Assembly: GCA_001513185.1 (NCBI GenBank)
Contig: LFST01000051.1
Location: forward strand, 374 to 64,373
Reading direction: 5' to 3'
Source: Candidatus Fermentithermobacillaceae bacterium DTU015
Lineage (GTDB): Bacteria; Bacillota; Sulfobacillia; Fermentithermobacillales; Fermentithermobacillaceae
Length of the DNA: 64,000 nt
The position numbers and the translations under genes are program-made. Of the stretch, positions 9,737-18,522 are shown one piece after another. Numbering within the stretch: the first letter of the stretch is position 1; each line of letters starts with the position of its first letter. The notes under the pieces are model-generated. The model ran no database searches, was not told the DNA's origin, and worked only from the letters and a program-made list of their open reading frames with translations.

Positions 9737-10111
9737 ATGCCTCGTGTTAAGTCGTCAGTTGTCAAGAGAAAGCGGCACAAGAAAGTCCTAAAGCTGGCAA
9801 AAGGGTATTACGGCAAACGTTCCAAGTCGTTCAGGGTTGCCAACGAAGCCGTAATGAAAGCCTTAAATTACGCCTATATCCACAGGCGCCAGAAAAAACG
9901 GGAATTCAGGAGATTGTGGATAGCGCGGATTAACGCGGCTGCCCGCCAGAACGGCATGACGTACAACAGGTTCATCAACGGGCTTAAGAAAGCCGGAGTT
10001 GAAATTAACCGCAAAATGCTTGCCGAGCTGGCAGTATCAGATGCAAAAGCTTTTTCACAGCTTGTAGATCTTGCCCGGAGCCAGGTGGAAGCAGCAGGTT
10101 CCGCCCAATAG
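9737..10111 (+). CDS. rplT: 50S ribosomal protein L20
   Basis: [30 protein letters not shown]...[13 protein letters not shown] is canonical L20. Confidence 0.97.
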   Translation: MPRVKSSVVKRKRHKKVLKLAKGYYGKRSKSFRVANEAVMKALNYAYIHRRQKKREFRRLWIARINAAARQNGMTYNRFINGLKKAGVEINRKMLAELAVSDAKAFSQLVDLARSQVEAAGSAQ

Positions 10112-10137
10112 GCCAACCGGGCTGAAAGAGGATTAAG

Positions 10138-10944
10138 GTGTACTCTGATGTTCCGTGGCGCCTAATACGGAGCCTTTCACGCAAGAAACACAGGGACAAA
10201 ACCGGCCTTACCGTGGCCGAAGGCCCGTCGGTCGTGCTCGCTGCCTTAGAAGCAGGGGTCGAACTTCGGGCCGTAGTCTTTACTGAAGAGTTTGCCGGTT
10301 CCGAAAAAGCCGGTGTCCTCCGGCAGGCTATGGAAGACCACGGCCGCTTTGGCCGGCTCTTTGTAGTGCCCAAAGAGCTTTATAGCAAGATGTCCGATAC
10401 CAAGACTCCCCAAGGAGTCCTGGCTTTGTTGAGGTTTCCTTTCCGTTTCACCAGAGGGGAACCCAAGCCCACCTGGGCACAAGACTTGGACATTGTGGCC
10501 GTGGATATCCAGGATCCTGGCAATGTGGGCACGCTGATAAGAACCGGCGGGTTCGCAGGGGCAACCAGGGTGATATTGTGCGGCCAAAGCGCCGATCCCT
10601 TTTCGCCAAAAGCTATAAGGGCGTCAGCCGGTGCAATTTTCAGCATCCCCGTGACCTACCAGGAGGACTGCACCGGCTTGCTCAGCCAAATGCACGCCTC
10701 CGGGCAACGCATATACAAGGCAACCCCCAGGGATGGCATAATGCCCTGGGAAGCGGATTTGGGCGCCCCTTGTGCCCTGGTGCTAGGCAATGAAGCCCGG
10801 GGGTTGAAAGAAGAAATCCTCCAAGGGCCCGGAGATTGCGTGAGTATCCCCATGCCTGGCGGGATCGAGTCTCTAAATGTTGCCATGGCTTGCACCGCCC
10901 TGCTGTACGAGGCTGTGCGCCAGAGGATGAAGTGCGGTGTTTGA
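10138..10944 (+). CDS. TrmH/SpoU-family RNA 2'-O-methyltransferase (YsgA-like)
   Basis: SpoU motifs LVLGNEARGL and IPMPGGIESLNVAMACTALLYE. Same position after rplT as ysgA in Bacillus. Confidence 0.85.
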   Translation: MYSDVPWRLIRSLSRKKHRDKTGLTVAEGPSVVLAALEAGVELRAVVFTEEFAGSEKAGVLRQAMEDHGRFGRLFVVPKELYSKMSDTKTPQGVLALLRFPFRFTRGEPKPTWAQDLDIVAVDIQDPGNVGTLIRTGGFAGATRVILCGQSADPFSPKAIRASAGAIFSIPVTYQEDCTGLLSQMHASGQRIYKATPRDGIMPWEADLGAPCALVLGNEARGLKEEILQGPGDCVSIPMPGGIESLNVAMACTALLYEAVRQRMKCGV

Positions 10945-10968
10945 GCTCCCCTGCACTCGTGGTATAAT
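10941..10968 (+). promoter_or_regulatory. putative promoter of the pheST leader
   Basis: TTGAGC (10941-10946), 16-nt spacer, extended -10 TGgTATAAT (10960-10968). Confidence 0.4.
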
Positions 10969-11139
10969 ACACGAAAGTGTCGAGGAAGCGGGGGATGGGC
11001 CACGGATATCGCACAAATGTATTGGTCAGTATTTGAAATGACCGGTTCAGTGTTGGCTTACCTGCTTTACCGGCATTACACCAACCTCAGCAACACAAGT
11101 AAACGGCCACCCGAACAGTTGAATACCAACACTGGGCAA

Positions 11140-11374
11140 TGAAGGAGAACGTGGATCAGCGGTGGTGTATACAGAGAAGGAAAGCCGTGGCTGAGAGCTT
11201 TCCCATACACAATAGCTGGTCGAATTCGCTCTGGAGCCTCTGGGCTGAACAAACGGAGTAGGCCCGGCGTGCCTTCGCGTTACGAAGGACAAGAGTGGGT
11301 CCGGAAACGGGCCAACCCCGGTGGTACCGCGGAAGCATAAGCTTTCGTCCGAGAGGATGAAGGCTTTTTTATTT
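11140..11374 (+). promoter_or_regulatory. T-box riboswitch leader, phenylalanine specifier (UUC)
   Basis: Stem I helices GGAG(11144)/CTCT(11229) and GATCAGC(11154)/GCTGGTC(11215). AGAGA bulge at 11173. Specifier loop GAA-TTC-G with TTC at 11225-11227. T-box motif GGTGGTACCGCG at 11320-11331. Terminator AGCTTTCGTCC/GGATGAAGGCT plus T6 at about 11339-11372. Confidence 0.85.
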
Positions 11375-11400
11375 AGATGCGAAAGGAGGAAACACACCCG

Positions 11401-12435
11401 GTGAACCATAATTTGGCTGAGATGGAAGCACAGGTGCTTAGAGAGATCAATGAAGCTTCCACTGACGACGAGCTCCAGCGTGTCCGGATCAAGTACCTGG
11501 GCAGGAAGGGAGAAATCTCCGCGCTGCTCAAACAGATTGGCAACCTGCCCCCTGAGGAACGGCCCGAATTTGGTGCGGCCGTAAATGCATTACGGGCCAA
11601 GGTCACACAAAGAATTGCCGAAAGAAAAGCCGAACTTGAAACACAAGCCCTGGAGGAGAGCCTCCGCCGGGATACCATAGATGTAAGCTTGCCAGGGGAA
11701 CTCTTCGAAATAGGCGGGCTTCATCCCCTCACAAAATCCCTGAGGGAAATCACATCGATACTTTCAAGCATGGGCTTTACAGTCTACGAAAGCCGCGAAG
11801 CTGAAACTGACGAAATGAATTTCGTAAAACTCAATATCCCCCAAGGACACCCTGCAAGGGATATGCAAGAGACCTTTTACCTTAGCGATACCACCCTGCT
11901 TAGGACACATACTTCACCCGGCCAGATACGGGGGATGTTGGCTTTGGAGGGCAAGCTGCCCGTGCGGTTTATAGTGCCAGGCAGGGTATACCGGAGGGAT
12001 CAGACCGATGCATCCCATCATCCTGTATTCTTCCAGGTCGAGGGCTTGGCCATCGACGTAGATATCACTTTCAAACACCTAAGAGGCGTTATTTCAACCC
12101 TCATGAGCAGGTTTTTTGGCCAGGACGTGACCGTCCGGCTCAGGCCCAGCTATTTCCCGTTTACCGAACCTTCCTGCGAGGTTGACATATCGTGCGTGTT
12201 CTGCAAGGGACAAGGCTGTTCTGTGTGCAGCAACTCAGGCTTTTTGGAAGTAGCAGGCGCAGGCATGGTCCATCCCCAGGTGCTCATAAACGGCGGCTAT
12301 GATCCTGAACAAGTGAGCGGGTTTGCGTTTGGTTTTGGATTGGATAGGCTGGCCATGCTCAAGTACGGAATTGACGATATACGCCTTCTCTACGGCAACG
12401 ACAAGAGGTTCTTGTCCCAGTTCCGTGGGCTTTAA
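11401..12435 (+). CDS. pheS: phenylalanine--tRNA ligase alpha subunit
   Basis: IRIKYLGRKGEISALLKQIGNLPPEERP, HPARDMQETFY, FRPSYFPFTEPS, GMVHPQVL. GTG at 11401 follows GGAGG. The ATG at 11377 overlaps the T-box terminator U-tract, so it is unlikely. Confidence 0.95.
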   Translation: MNHNLAEMEAQVLREINEASTDDELQRVRIKYLGRKGEISALLKQIGNLPPEERPEFGAAVNALRAKVTQRIAERKAELETQALEESLRRDTIDVSLPGELFEIGGLHPLTKSLREITSILSSMGFTVYESREAETDEMNFVKLNIPQGHPARDMQETFYLSDTTLLRTHTSPGQIRGMLALEGKLPVRFIVPGRVYRRDQTDASHHPVFFQVEGLAIDVDITFKHLRGVISTLMSRFFGQDVTVRLRPSYFPFTEPSCEVDISCVFCKGQGCSVCSNSGFLEVAGAGMVHPQVLINGGYDPEQVSGFAFGFGLDRLAMLKYGIDDIRLLYGNDKRFLSQFRGL

Positions 12436-12465
12436 TCAGATGGATGTCAGGAGGCATGGGTTGAA

Positions 12466-14922
12466 ATGAAAGTACCGTGGAAATGGCTTAACGAATATGT
12501 AGACCTGCCGTGGGATCCCCAAGAAACCGCCCACAGGCTTACCATGGCAGGGGTGTGCGTAGAAGAGCTGATTTACGAACAACTCGGGGTTACTTCTGTG
12601 GTTTCGGCAAGAATAACTGAGGTTAAGCCCCATCCCACAAGGCCCGGGCAAAAGGTGGGGCTCCTAGATACCGGTAGCAACACGCTCCAGATAGTAAGCG
12701 GCGCCCCTGGCTTTGAAGCAGGCAATATTACCCTGGTGGCCACTCCCGGAGCCACTCTTCCCGGAGGGATTAAGATTGACGCCAAAGAGGTGGACGGCGT
12801 ACTGTCCCAGGGAATGGCGCTTTGCTCCAACGAGTTGCTCACAGGCCAACCACCCAGGCCTTTTGAGGATATTATCCTTTTGCCGGAAGACACACCGCTT
12901 GGGGTTCCCGCCGGCGAACTCTTCGAACTGGATGACTGGGTGATGGTGCTTGACCTCACTATCAATTATTCCCACTGCCTTGGCATTCTAGGAGTAGCCA
13001 TGGAAGCTGCGGCACTGGCGGGCAAGCCTCTTAAACTACCTGAGGTGCTCCACGCGTGGAACTGGGCAGGTGTGCATGGCAGCATGAAACCTAAGTCATG
13101 TGAGGAAAGCGCACATGACTTCAGGATCCACCTGCCTCAGCCCGACCTGTGCCCAAGATATGTGGGCAAGCTTGTGGAAGACATAAGGTTTACCTATTCG
13201 CCTGTAAATATGGAGAGGCGCCTTATGCTGGCCGGGCAAAGGCCGCTAAACCTGGTGGTGGATGTAACCAACTATGTAATGCTGGAGACAGGGCAGCCGC
13301 TCCATGCGTTCGATGCAGACAAAATAGCGGACAACACCATCATCGTAAGAGCTTCTGAACCTGGAGAGACCATCGTTACCCTTGATGAGATTGAGAGGGA
13401 AGTACCGGAGAACACCATCCTGATCACTGATCCGTCAGGCCCTATAGGCATTGCAGGGATCATGGGGGGCCGAGACACAGAGGTAACCCAAACCACCAGG
13501 CGGGTACTGATTGAATCTGCGTATTTTGATCCCCTTACCATCAGACTCGCATCCCAGAGACTCAGGCTCAGAACAGAAGCTGCCCTAAGGTTTGAAAAAG
13601 GCCTTGATCCGACTGCCCAGGCTGCAGTGGCAGAGAGAGCGGCAGCGCTCATAGCATGGCTATCAGGCGCAAGGCCTGTGCCAGGATATGCTGAAACCAA
13701 TCACCTGAAACACGAACCCAAGCAGATCGTCCTGCGCATGAAGACCCTGGAAAGGCTGCTCGGAACCAGGTTTTCGCCTGAAACATGCCGTGAGATCCTC
13801 GAAAAGATAAACTTCCAAGTTGAAGTAAACCATGGCGATGCGGAAGCAGATGCTTCTATCTTAGTAACGATACCTCCTAGGCGCGTGGATATACACGGGG
13901 AAGTCGACCTTGTCGAAGAAGTTGCGAGGCATTACGGATATGACGAATTTGGTACGGATGACTTGACCAAGGCTGTCCCCGGAGGCATAACAGAGCCCCA
14001 CCTGGCTCACGTGGAAAAAATACGGGACCTCCTGGTGGCCCACGGCGGCCTGGAATGCATAACAAACTCCCTTGTAAATCCTGAGGTCTTGGCAGGTCTG
14101 GGATGGGATTCTGACGATCCCAGGGGAAACCCGGTACGGCTTAAGCATCCGCTTTCATCTGAAGAATCAGTACTGCGACCCAGCCTGATACCGGGGCTTG
14201 TAACTGTTGCTTCGTCAAACATAAGGTCAGGCATACAAGGGCTTTTTGTCTGGGAGATAGGAAGGGTGTTCTTCCCAAGCAAGGATCCGCTGCCTGTGGA
14301 GACCAGGCAACTGGCCCTGGTTTCCTACGGACAGCTCAAGCCCAAGACGTGGCTGGGAGAACCCCAACAAGCGAGTTTCTACCACATGAAGGGGGTCATA
14401 GACAGCCTGCTGGGATTGCTGGGTATATCTGGCGTGAAATACTTGCCTAAGGCAGGCATGCCGTTCCACCCGGGAAGATCGGCCAGGATCGTAGCCAACA
14501 TGTCAACCGTTGGCGAGATAGGCGACATGCATCCTAAGTGTCTCAAACAGCTGGACATTCCGGTAGCTGTCACCGCATGCTGGCTGTCCCTTGAAGCCTT
14601 GTTGTCTATGGTGAAACCCAAGGAATACGAAACCCTCTCCAAGTTTATGCCCGTGGAAAGGGACTTGGCCGTGATTGTAGCTGAAAATGTCCCGGCTGGT
14701 GAGGTAATCGATTCAATCCTCAACACAGGCACGCACCTGGTTTCAGTAACCTTGTTTGACGTGTATCGGAAGCCACCTGTCCCGCCGGGACACAAGAGCC
14801 TCGCTTTCAGGCTGGTGTACCAGCCGAAGCACAGGACCTTGACAGAAGCCGAACTGGCAGAGGACAGAGAACGAATTATGGAGCAGTTGAAACAACAGTT
14901 CAATGCCGTACTGAGGTCATGA
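12466..14922 (+). CDS. pheT: phenylalanine--tRNA ligase beta subunit
   Basis: MKVPWKWLNEYVDL N-terminus, tRNA-binding (OB) domain, B3/4 and B5 domains, FDVYRKPPVPPGHKSLAFRL C-terminus. Confidence 0.96.
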   Translation: MKVPWKWLNEYVDLPWDPQETAHRLTMAGVCVEELIYEQLGVTSVVSARITEVKPHPTRPGQKVGLLDTGSNTLQIVSGAPGFEAGNITLVATPGATLPGGIKIDAKEVDGVLSQGMALCSNELLTGQPPRPFEDIILLPEDTPLGVPAGELFELDDWVMVLDLTINYSHCLGILGVAMEAAALAGKPLKLPEVLHAWNWAGVHGSMKPKSCEESAHDFRIHLPQPDLCPRYVGKLVEDIRFTYSPVNMERRLMLAGQRPLNLVVDVTNYVMLETGQPLHAFDADKIADNTIIVRASEPGETIVTLDEIEREVPENTILITDPSGPIGIAGIMGGRDTEVTQTTRRVLIESAYFDPLTIRLASQRLRLRTEAALRFEKGLDPTAQAAVAERAAALIAWLSGARPVPGYAETNHLKHEPKQIVLRMKTLERLLGTRFSPETCREILEKINFQVEVNHGDAEADASILVTIPPRRVDIHGEVDLVEEVARHYGYDEFGTDDLTKAVPGGITEPHLAHVEKIRDLLVAHGGLECITNSLVNPEVLAGLGWDSDDPRGNPVRLKHPLSSEESVLRPSLIPGLVTVASSNIRSGIQGLFVWEIGRVFFPSKDPLPVETRQLALVSYGQLKPKTWLGEPQQASFYHMKGVIDSLLGLLGISGVKYLPKAGMPFHPGRSARIVANMSTVGEIGDMHPKCLKQLDIPVAVTACWLSLEALLSMVKPKEYETLSKFMPVERDLAVIVAENVPAGEVIDSILNTGTHLVSVTLFDVYRKPPVPPGHKSLAFRLVYQPKHRTLTEAELAEDRERIMEQLKQQFNAVLRS

Positions 14923-15003
14923 TCAGTGGATAAGCCTGAGCTTGCCCATGTGGTTAGGATGAGCTCCGGCCTCTTGGCGCTCAAAGGCTAACCGGTGTTC
15001 AGT

Positions 15004-15032
15004 GTGCGGGCTTATGAAGACGCAGCCCGCAC
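15004..15032 (+). terminator. stable hairpin after pheT (possible terminator, no U-tract)
   Basis: GTGCGGGCT(15004-15012)/AGCCCGCAC(15024-15032), 9 bp perfect, followed by ATTAAGC rather than a T-run. Confidence 0.35.
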
Positions 15033-15149
15033 ATTAAGCTCAGGTGCCCACAATGTGTGAGAATAAGCTACGTGCCTGGCAAGTTGGGAACTACACAGCT
15101 TGTGTTCATAAATTCTTAAGCCTCCTCATACTCTGACTTTAGAATTTAT

Positions 15150-16124
15150 GTGAAGGAGTGTCCCACCTTGCCAGGCAAAGCGCAATCAAGGCTGCCCCAG
15201 TCTGGCTTCTTGCTTATGATATTGGTGATTGCCCTGGCCGTGGGGCCTACAGTCAAGCACCAGGTCCCGGCTGCACTCAGCGTACACGAAACTGATGAGC
15301 CTTTGCTCCCCTCTGATCCGCCTGTCATCCGTCACGATGTATATGACCTCAAGGTACGCCTTACGCAACTGGGGTTTTACTCAGGGCCCCTTGATGAAAC
15401 CTACGATGTCGAAGCCGTAAAGGCAGTAAGAGCCTTCCAAGAAAGCTACTGGTTGGAACCTAACGGAATAGTTGATCAGACCACATGGAAGGCGCTGGCT
15501 GTGGGGGTCTCACGCCCGGCCCACACCTCATCAAAGCCTTTGCCTGAAGAAGGGGAACTCTACCTTGAGGTAGACACAGAATTAGCCGAACTCAGGGTCT
15601 GGGTAGGCGATACCTTATGGAAGACCTACCCTGTAGCAGTGGGGAAGTGGTCGACTTTGACCCCGGTTGGGGAGTGGAAAATCGTCGACAAGGGATACGA
15701 ATCGGGCGGCGCTTTCGGGACCAGGTGGATGGCCTTGGACGTCCCGTGGGGAGGATACGGGATTCACGGAACCAACAGGCCTTGGTCAATCGGCACCTAT
15801 GCAAGCTTAGGCTGCGTCAGGATGTTCAACGAGGATATCGAGGAACTGTACGAACTTGTGCCCATAGGAACCAGGGTAATAATTACCGGATACCGGCCTC
15901 CCCTTGATTTTGGGAAACCTTTTGGCCCGGGCACTATTGGGCCTGAAGTTGTGAGGCTCCAGGAAGCCCTGCGGGAATTCGGGTTTGACGCAGGCCCGGC
16001 TGACGGAAGGTACGGCCCCCTCACCGAGCAAGCCGTCCAAGAGGTTAGGGAAGTGTTCGGTTTGGGAAGGGATGGATGGGCCTCCAGGGACCTCTTTGTG
16101 TTGTTGCAAGTTGAGGGACAGTAG
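15150..16124 (+). CDS. L,D-transpeptidase (YkuD domain) flanked by two peptidoglycan-binding domains
   Basis: Catalytic motif [22 protein letters not shown]_binding_1-like repeats ([23 protein letters not shown]; [23 protein letters not shown]). N-terminal TM/signal. Confidence 0.88.
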   Translation: MKECPTLPGKAQSRLPQSGFLLMILVIALAVGPTVKHQVPAALSVHETDEPLLPSDPPVIRHDVYDLKVRLTQLGFYSGPLDETYDVEAVKAVRAFQESYWLEPNGIVDQTTWKALAVGVSRPAHTSSKPLPEEGELYLEVDTELAELRVWVGDTLWKTYPVAVGKWSTLTPVGEWKIVDKGYESGGAFGTRWMALDVPWGGYGIHGTNRPWSIGTYASLGCVRMFNEDIEELYELVPIGTRVIITGYRPPLDFGKPFGPGTIGPEVVRLQEALREFGFDAGPADGRYGPLTEQAVQEVREVFGLGRDGWASRDLFVLLQVEGQ

Positions 16125-16135
16125 GGGGAGGAAGC

Positions 16136-17263
16136 ATGAGAAGCGAAGTTGCTGCAGCCATGGTCTTGGTTGTTGCAGTCTTGTTATGCGGGTGCAAAAC
16201 ACAGACTCCCTTGCCATATGAAGTACCGCCAGGTGACATAAAGATAGTTGCATGGGATGCAAAGGAACCGCATCTTCCCGGGGCACCTCCGTACTCAGAA
16301 CTCGCCACCCTTGTGGCGGAAGACTATGCCAAGACCCTGGGGATCACGGTAGACCTTGAATTTAAACCGAGGCAACAAATCGAAGACCTGCTCTTGGGGG
16401 ATTATCAAGGGGAGATTCCGTCGGTGGTATTTTCCACAGAATGGCCTTTTGTAGGGATAGGTACCCAAGACCTCACTGAAATGGTGGAGGCCGATGATTA
16501 CCTGGAAGCCGCCGCAGGTTTCTGGATGTATGACGGCAGACTCATGGGCATCCCGGCGTATGTCCATTGGCTGTGCCTGGCCAAGCGGGCGGACTTAGGT
16601 AATTCGTCTCCCAACGCAGGCTATTTCATTTATTCTCCAGGGTTTTTGCACTCGGCATTGGATTACGGAAACCTAGATTGGGTTCCGGAAGACATATGCA
16701 CTTACGTAGAATGGGTAAAACAAACTTACGGGCTTTGCCAGGAACCTGTGCTTGATCTGTGGGAGCAGGGGCGGATCGGCATGATGTATCCTGTGACCCC
16801 CCACCTTTTCAAATGGATAAGGCTGAGTGAAAAGGACCTGGATACTGAGATGCTGCCTATAGACAATCCTGAGGGGACACCCAGGTTTTACTTCTCAGTG
16901 CCAGGTTATGTGGTCATGGACGGCAATGAACAAACCATGAAATATGCCGTGGAGCTGGCCAAACTACTGGCCGCCAACAGGGGAAGGTGGGCCGCCAGAG
17001 CAATCGGATGTATACCCGCCTATGTATCTGACACCCCTTTATTTGACTTAGAGAGCGGGTTTGACCGGGACGAGCGCCTGAAACTCATGTCGAGTTTCCT
17101 ACAATCCCAAGCCCGCATAACTGACTGGGTTACATACAGCAGGAAAACCCATGTCAGGCTGGGCGTTAACCGGGCAATTGAGGAATACCTGTCGGGTTCG
17201 GTAAGCCGGGAGCAGTTTGAGCAGAGGATTTACGATGCACTCAAGAGCCATACTAATCAATAG
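16136..17263 (+). CDS. lipoprotein, extracellular solute-binding-protein-like (orphan)
   Basis: Lipobox VLLCGC near the N-terminus. Sequence reminiscent of the SBP_bac_1/8 fold (DGRLMGIPAYVHW). No adjacent permease or ATPase. Confidence 0.45.
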   Translation: MRSEVAAAMVLVVAVLLCGCKTQTPLPYEVPPGDIKIVAWDAKEPHLPGAPPYSELATLVAEDYAKTLGITVDLEFKPRQQIEDLLLGDYQGEIPSVVFSTEWPFVGIGTQDLTEMVEADDYLEAAAGFWMYDGRLMGIPAYVHWLCLAKRADLGNSSPNAGYFIYSPGFLHSALDYGNLDWVPEDICTYVEWVKQTYGLCQEPVLDLWEQGRIGMMYPVTPHLFKWIRLSEKDLDTEMLPIDNPEGTPRFYFSVPGYVVMDGNEQTMKYAVELAKLLAANRGRWAARAIGCIPAYVSDTPLFDLESGFDRDERLKLMSSFLQSQARITDWVTYSRKTHVRLGVNRAIEEYLSGSVSREQFEQRIYDALKSHTNQ

Positions 17264-17294
17264 ATCCCATGACGCAGCACTGGAGGTAGATAAG

Positions 17295-17903
17295 TTGCCC
17301 GATCTTGCCGGCTTGAAGATTGTGATCTTCCGGACCTTGGCTATGTTTTGGATCACCTTGATCGCAGTGCGGACAATGGGCAAGCGTTCCATAGCCCAAC
17401 TTGCCCCGTTCGATCTGACGGTGATCATCATCATAGGCTCAGCAGCTGCCCTGCCCTTAGAAGACGAGAGCATCAGCCTATGGAACGGGATCGTGCCCAT
17501 ACTCATCCTGTCGTTCCTTCAATATTTGCTGAGCGTCATTAACCTCCACTGGAGGGCCGCTGAAAAGGTGACCCAGGGAACATCAACCCCCTTGGTCGTA
17601 AACGGCAAGATACTTCACGACAACCGCAAAATGGAAAGGGTATCTCTGTCAGACCTTCACATAGTGCTCAGACAAAAGGGAGTAGACAGGATAGAAGACG
17701 TGGCCTTGGCGGTGCTTGAGCCTACCGGCGAAGTGTCGGTGATACTAAAGGAAGAAACCAGGCCGCTGACTGCTAAAGATATCGATATCTTAAACCTTTC
17801 GCGGCTTGACGATATAATGACCCTGTCGTCTCAACGGCTTAGAAAACGGTATAATGAAATCAGCAAACCTCAGAGGAGGAGAAACTTTCCCGGTTGGCCT
17901 TAA
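17295..17903 (+). CDS. DUF421 (YetF/YdfS-like) membrane protein
   Basis: RTMGKRSIAQLAPFDLTVIIIIGSAA plus a C-terminal soluble domain (VVNGKILHDNRKMERVSLSDL..LEPTGEVSV). GGAGGT lies 7 nt before the TTG at 17295. The listed ATG at 17217 overlaps the previous gene. Confidence 0.75.
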   Translation: MPDLAGLKIVIFRTLAMFWITLIAVRTMGKRSIAQLAPFDLTVIIIIGSAAALPLEDESISLWNGIVPILILSFLQYLLSVINLHWRAAEKVTQGTSTPLVVNGKILHDNRKMERVSLSDLHIVLRQKGVDRIEDVALAVLEPTGEVSVILKEETRPLTAKDIDILNLSRLDDIMTLSSQRLRKRYNEISKPQRRRNFPGWP

Positions 17904-17937
17904 ACCGGCCACAGGGAGCTTGAGGGGAGGGCCCGGA

Positions 17938-18522
17938 ATGTCATTTGACGCGAGTTGGCTGCAAAGAGCCAGCTCCTTTGAAAAGTATCTCGAAAAGGCC
18001 GACATGAACGTGCCCACCATGAGACAGAATTTTGCCGAAGTCACAGTAAAAGATGAAGATGACACCTACTTTTCCTGGTTGTGCTCTCAAGTACCACCTG
18101 GTTCCATAAAGATCTTGGCTATTTCCGAATCATGGTGCGGCGACTGTGTTGAAAACTTGCCCGTCGTGGCCAAACTGGCTTCCCTTTATCCTTGCTTTCA
18201 CCTGCTGGTGTTCTCAAGAGACGACAATCTGGATATCATGGACAAGTACATGACTGACGGCAGGCGGACGATTCCGGTGTTTGTGTTGTTCGATGAATCA
18301 GGGCAGGAGATCGGGCGTTTCATAGAAAGGCCAAAACCTGCCACAGAATTCCTGGAACAGGAAAGGGCTAAACTCAGCCAGCTGCCTGAGGAAGAAAGGA
18401 AGAAGGCATCTTACGGGATCCGCACCAAGCTCCGAAGGCTATACCGGTCAGGATTCAGGGATGAAACAATAAAAGAGATTCGGAGGATTCTGGAAACCAG
18501 ATATGGACCAAAAGACCCTTGA
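17938..18522 (+). CDS. thioredoxin-fold family protein (WCGDC motif)
   Basis: ISESWCGDCVENLPVVAKLA CxxC motif in a thioredoxin-like context. GGGGAGGG precedes the ATG at 17938. Confidence 0.7.
   Translation: MSFDASWLQRASSFEKYLEKADMNVPTMRQNFAEVTVKDEDDTYFSWLCSQVPPGSIKILAISESWCGDCVENLPVVAKLASLYPCFHLLVFSRDDNLDIMDKYMTDGRRTIPVFVLFDESGQEIGRFIERPKPATEFLEQERAKLSQLPEEERKKASYGIRTKLRRLYRSGFRDETIKEIRRILETRYGPKDP

Noticed and set aside
11047-11409. 120-aa minus-strand ORF upstream of pheS
   Set aside because: It is superimposed on the T-box(Phe) leader, including the conserved T-box sequence and terminator. The RNA element explains the region.
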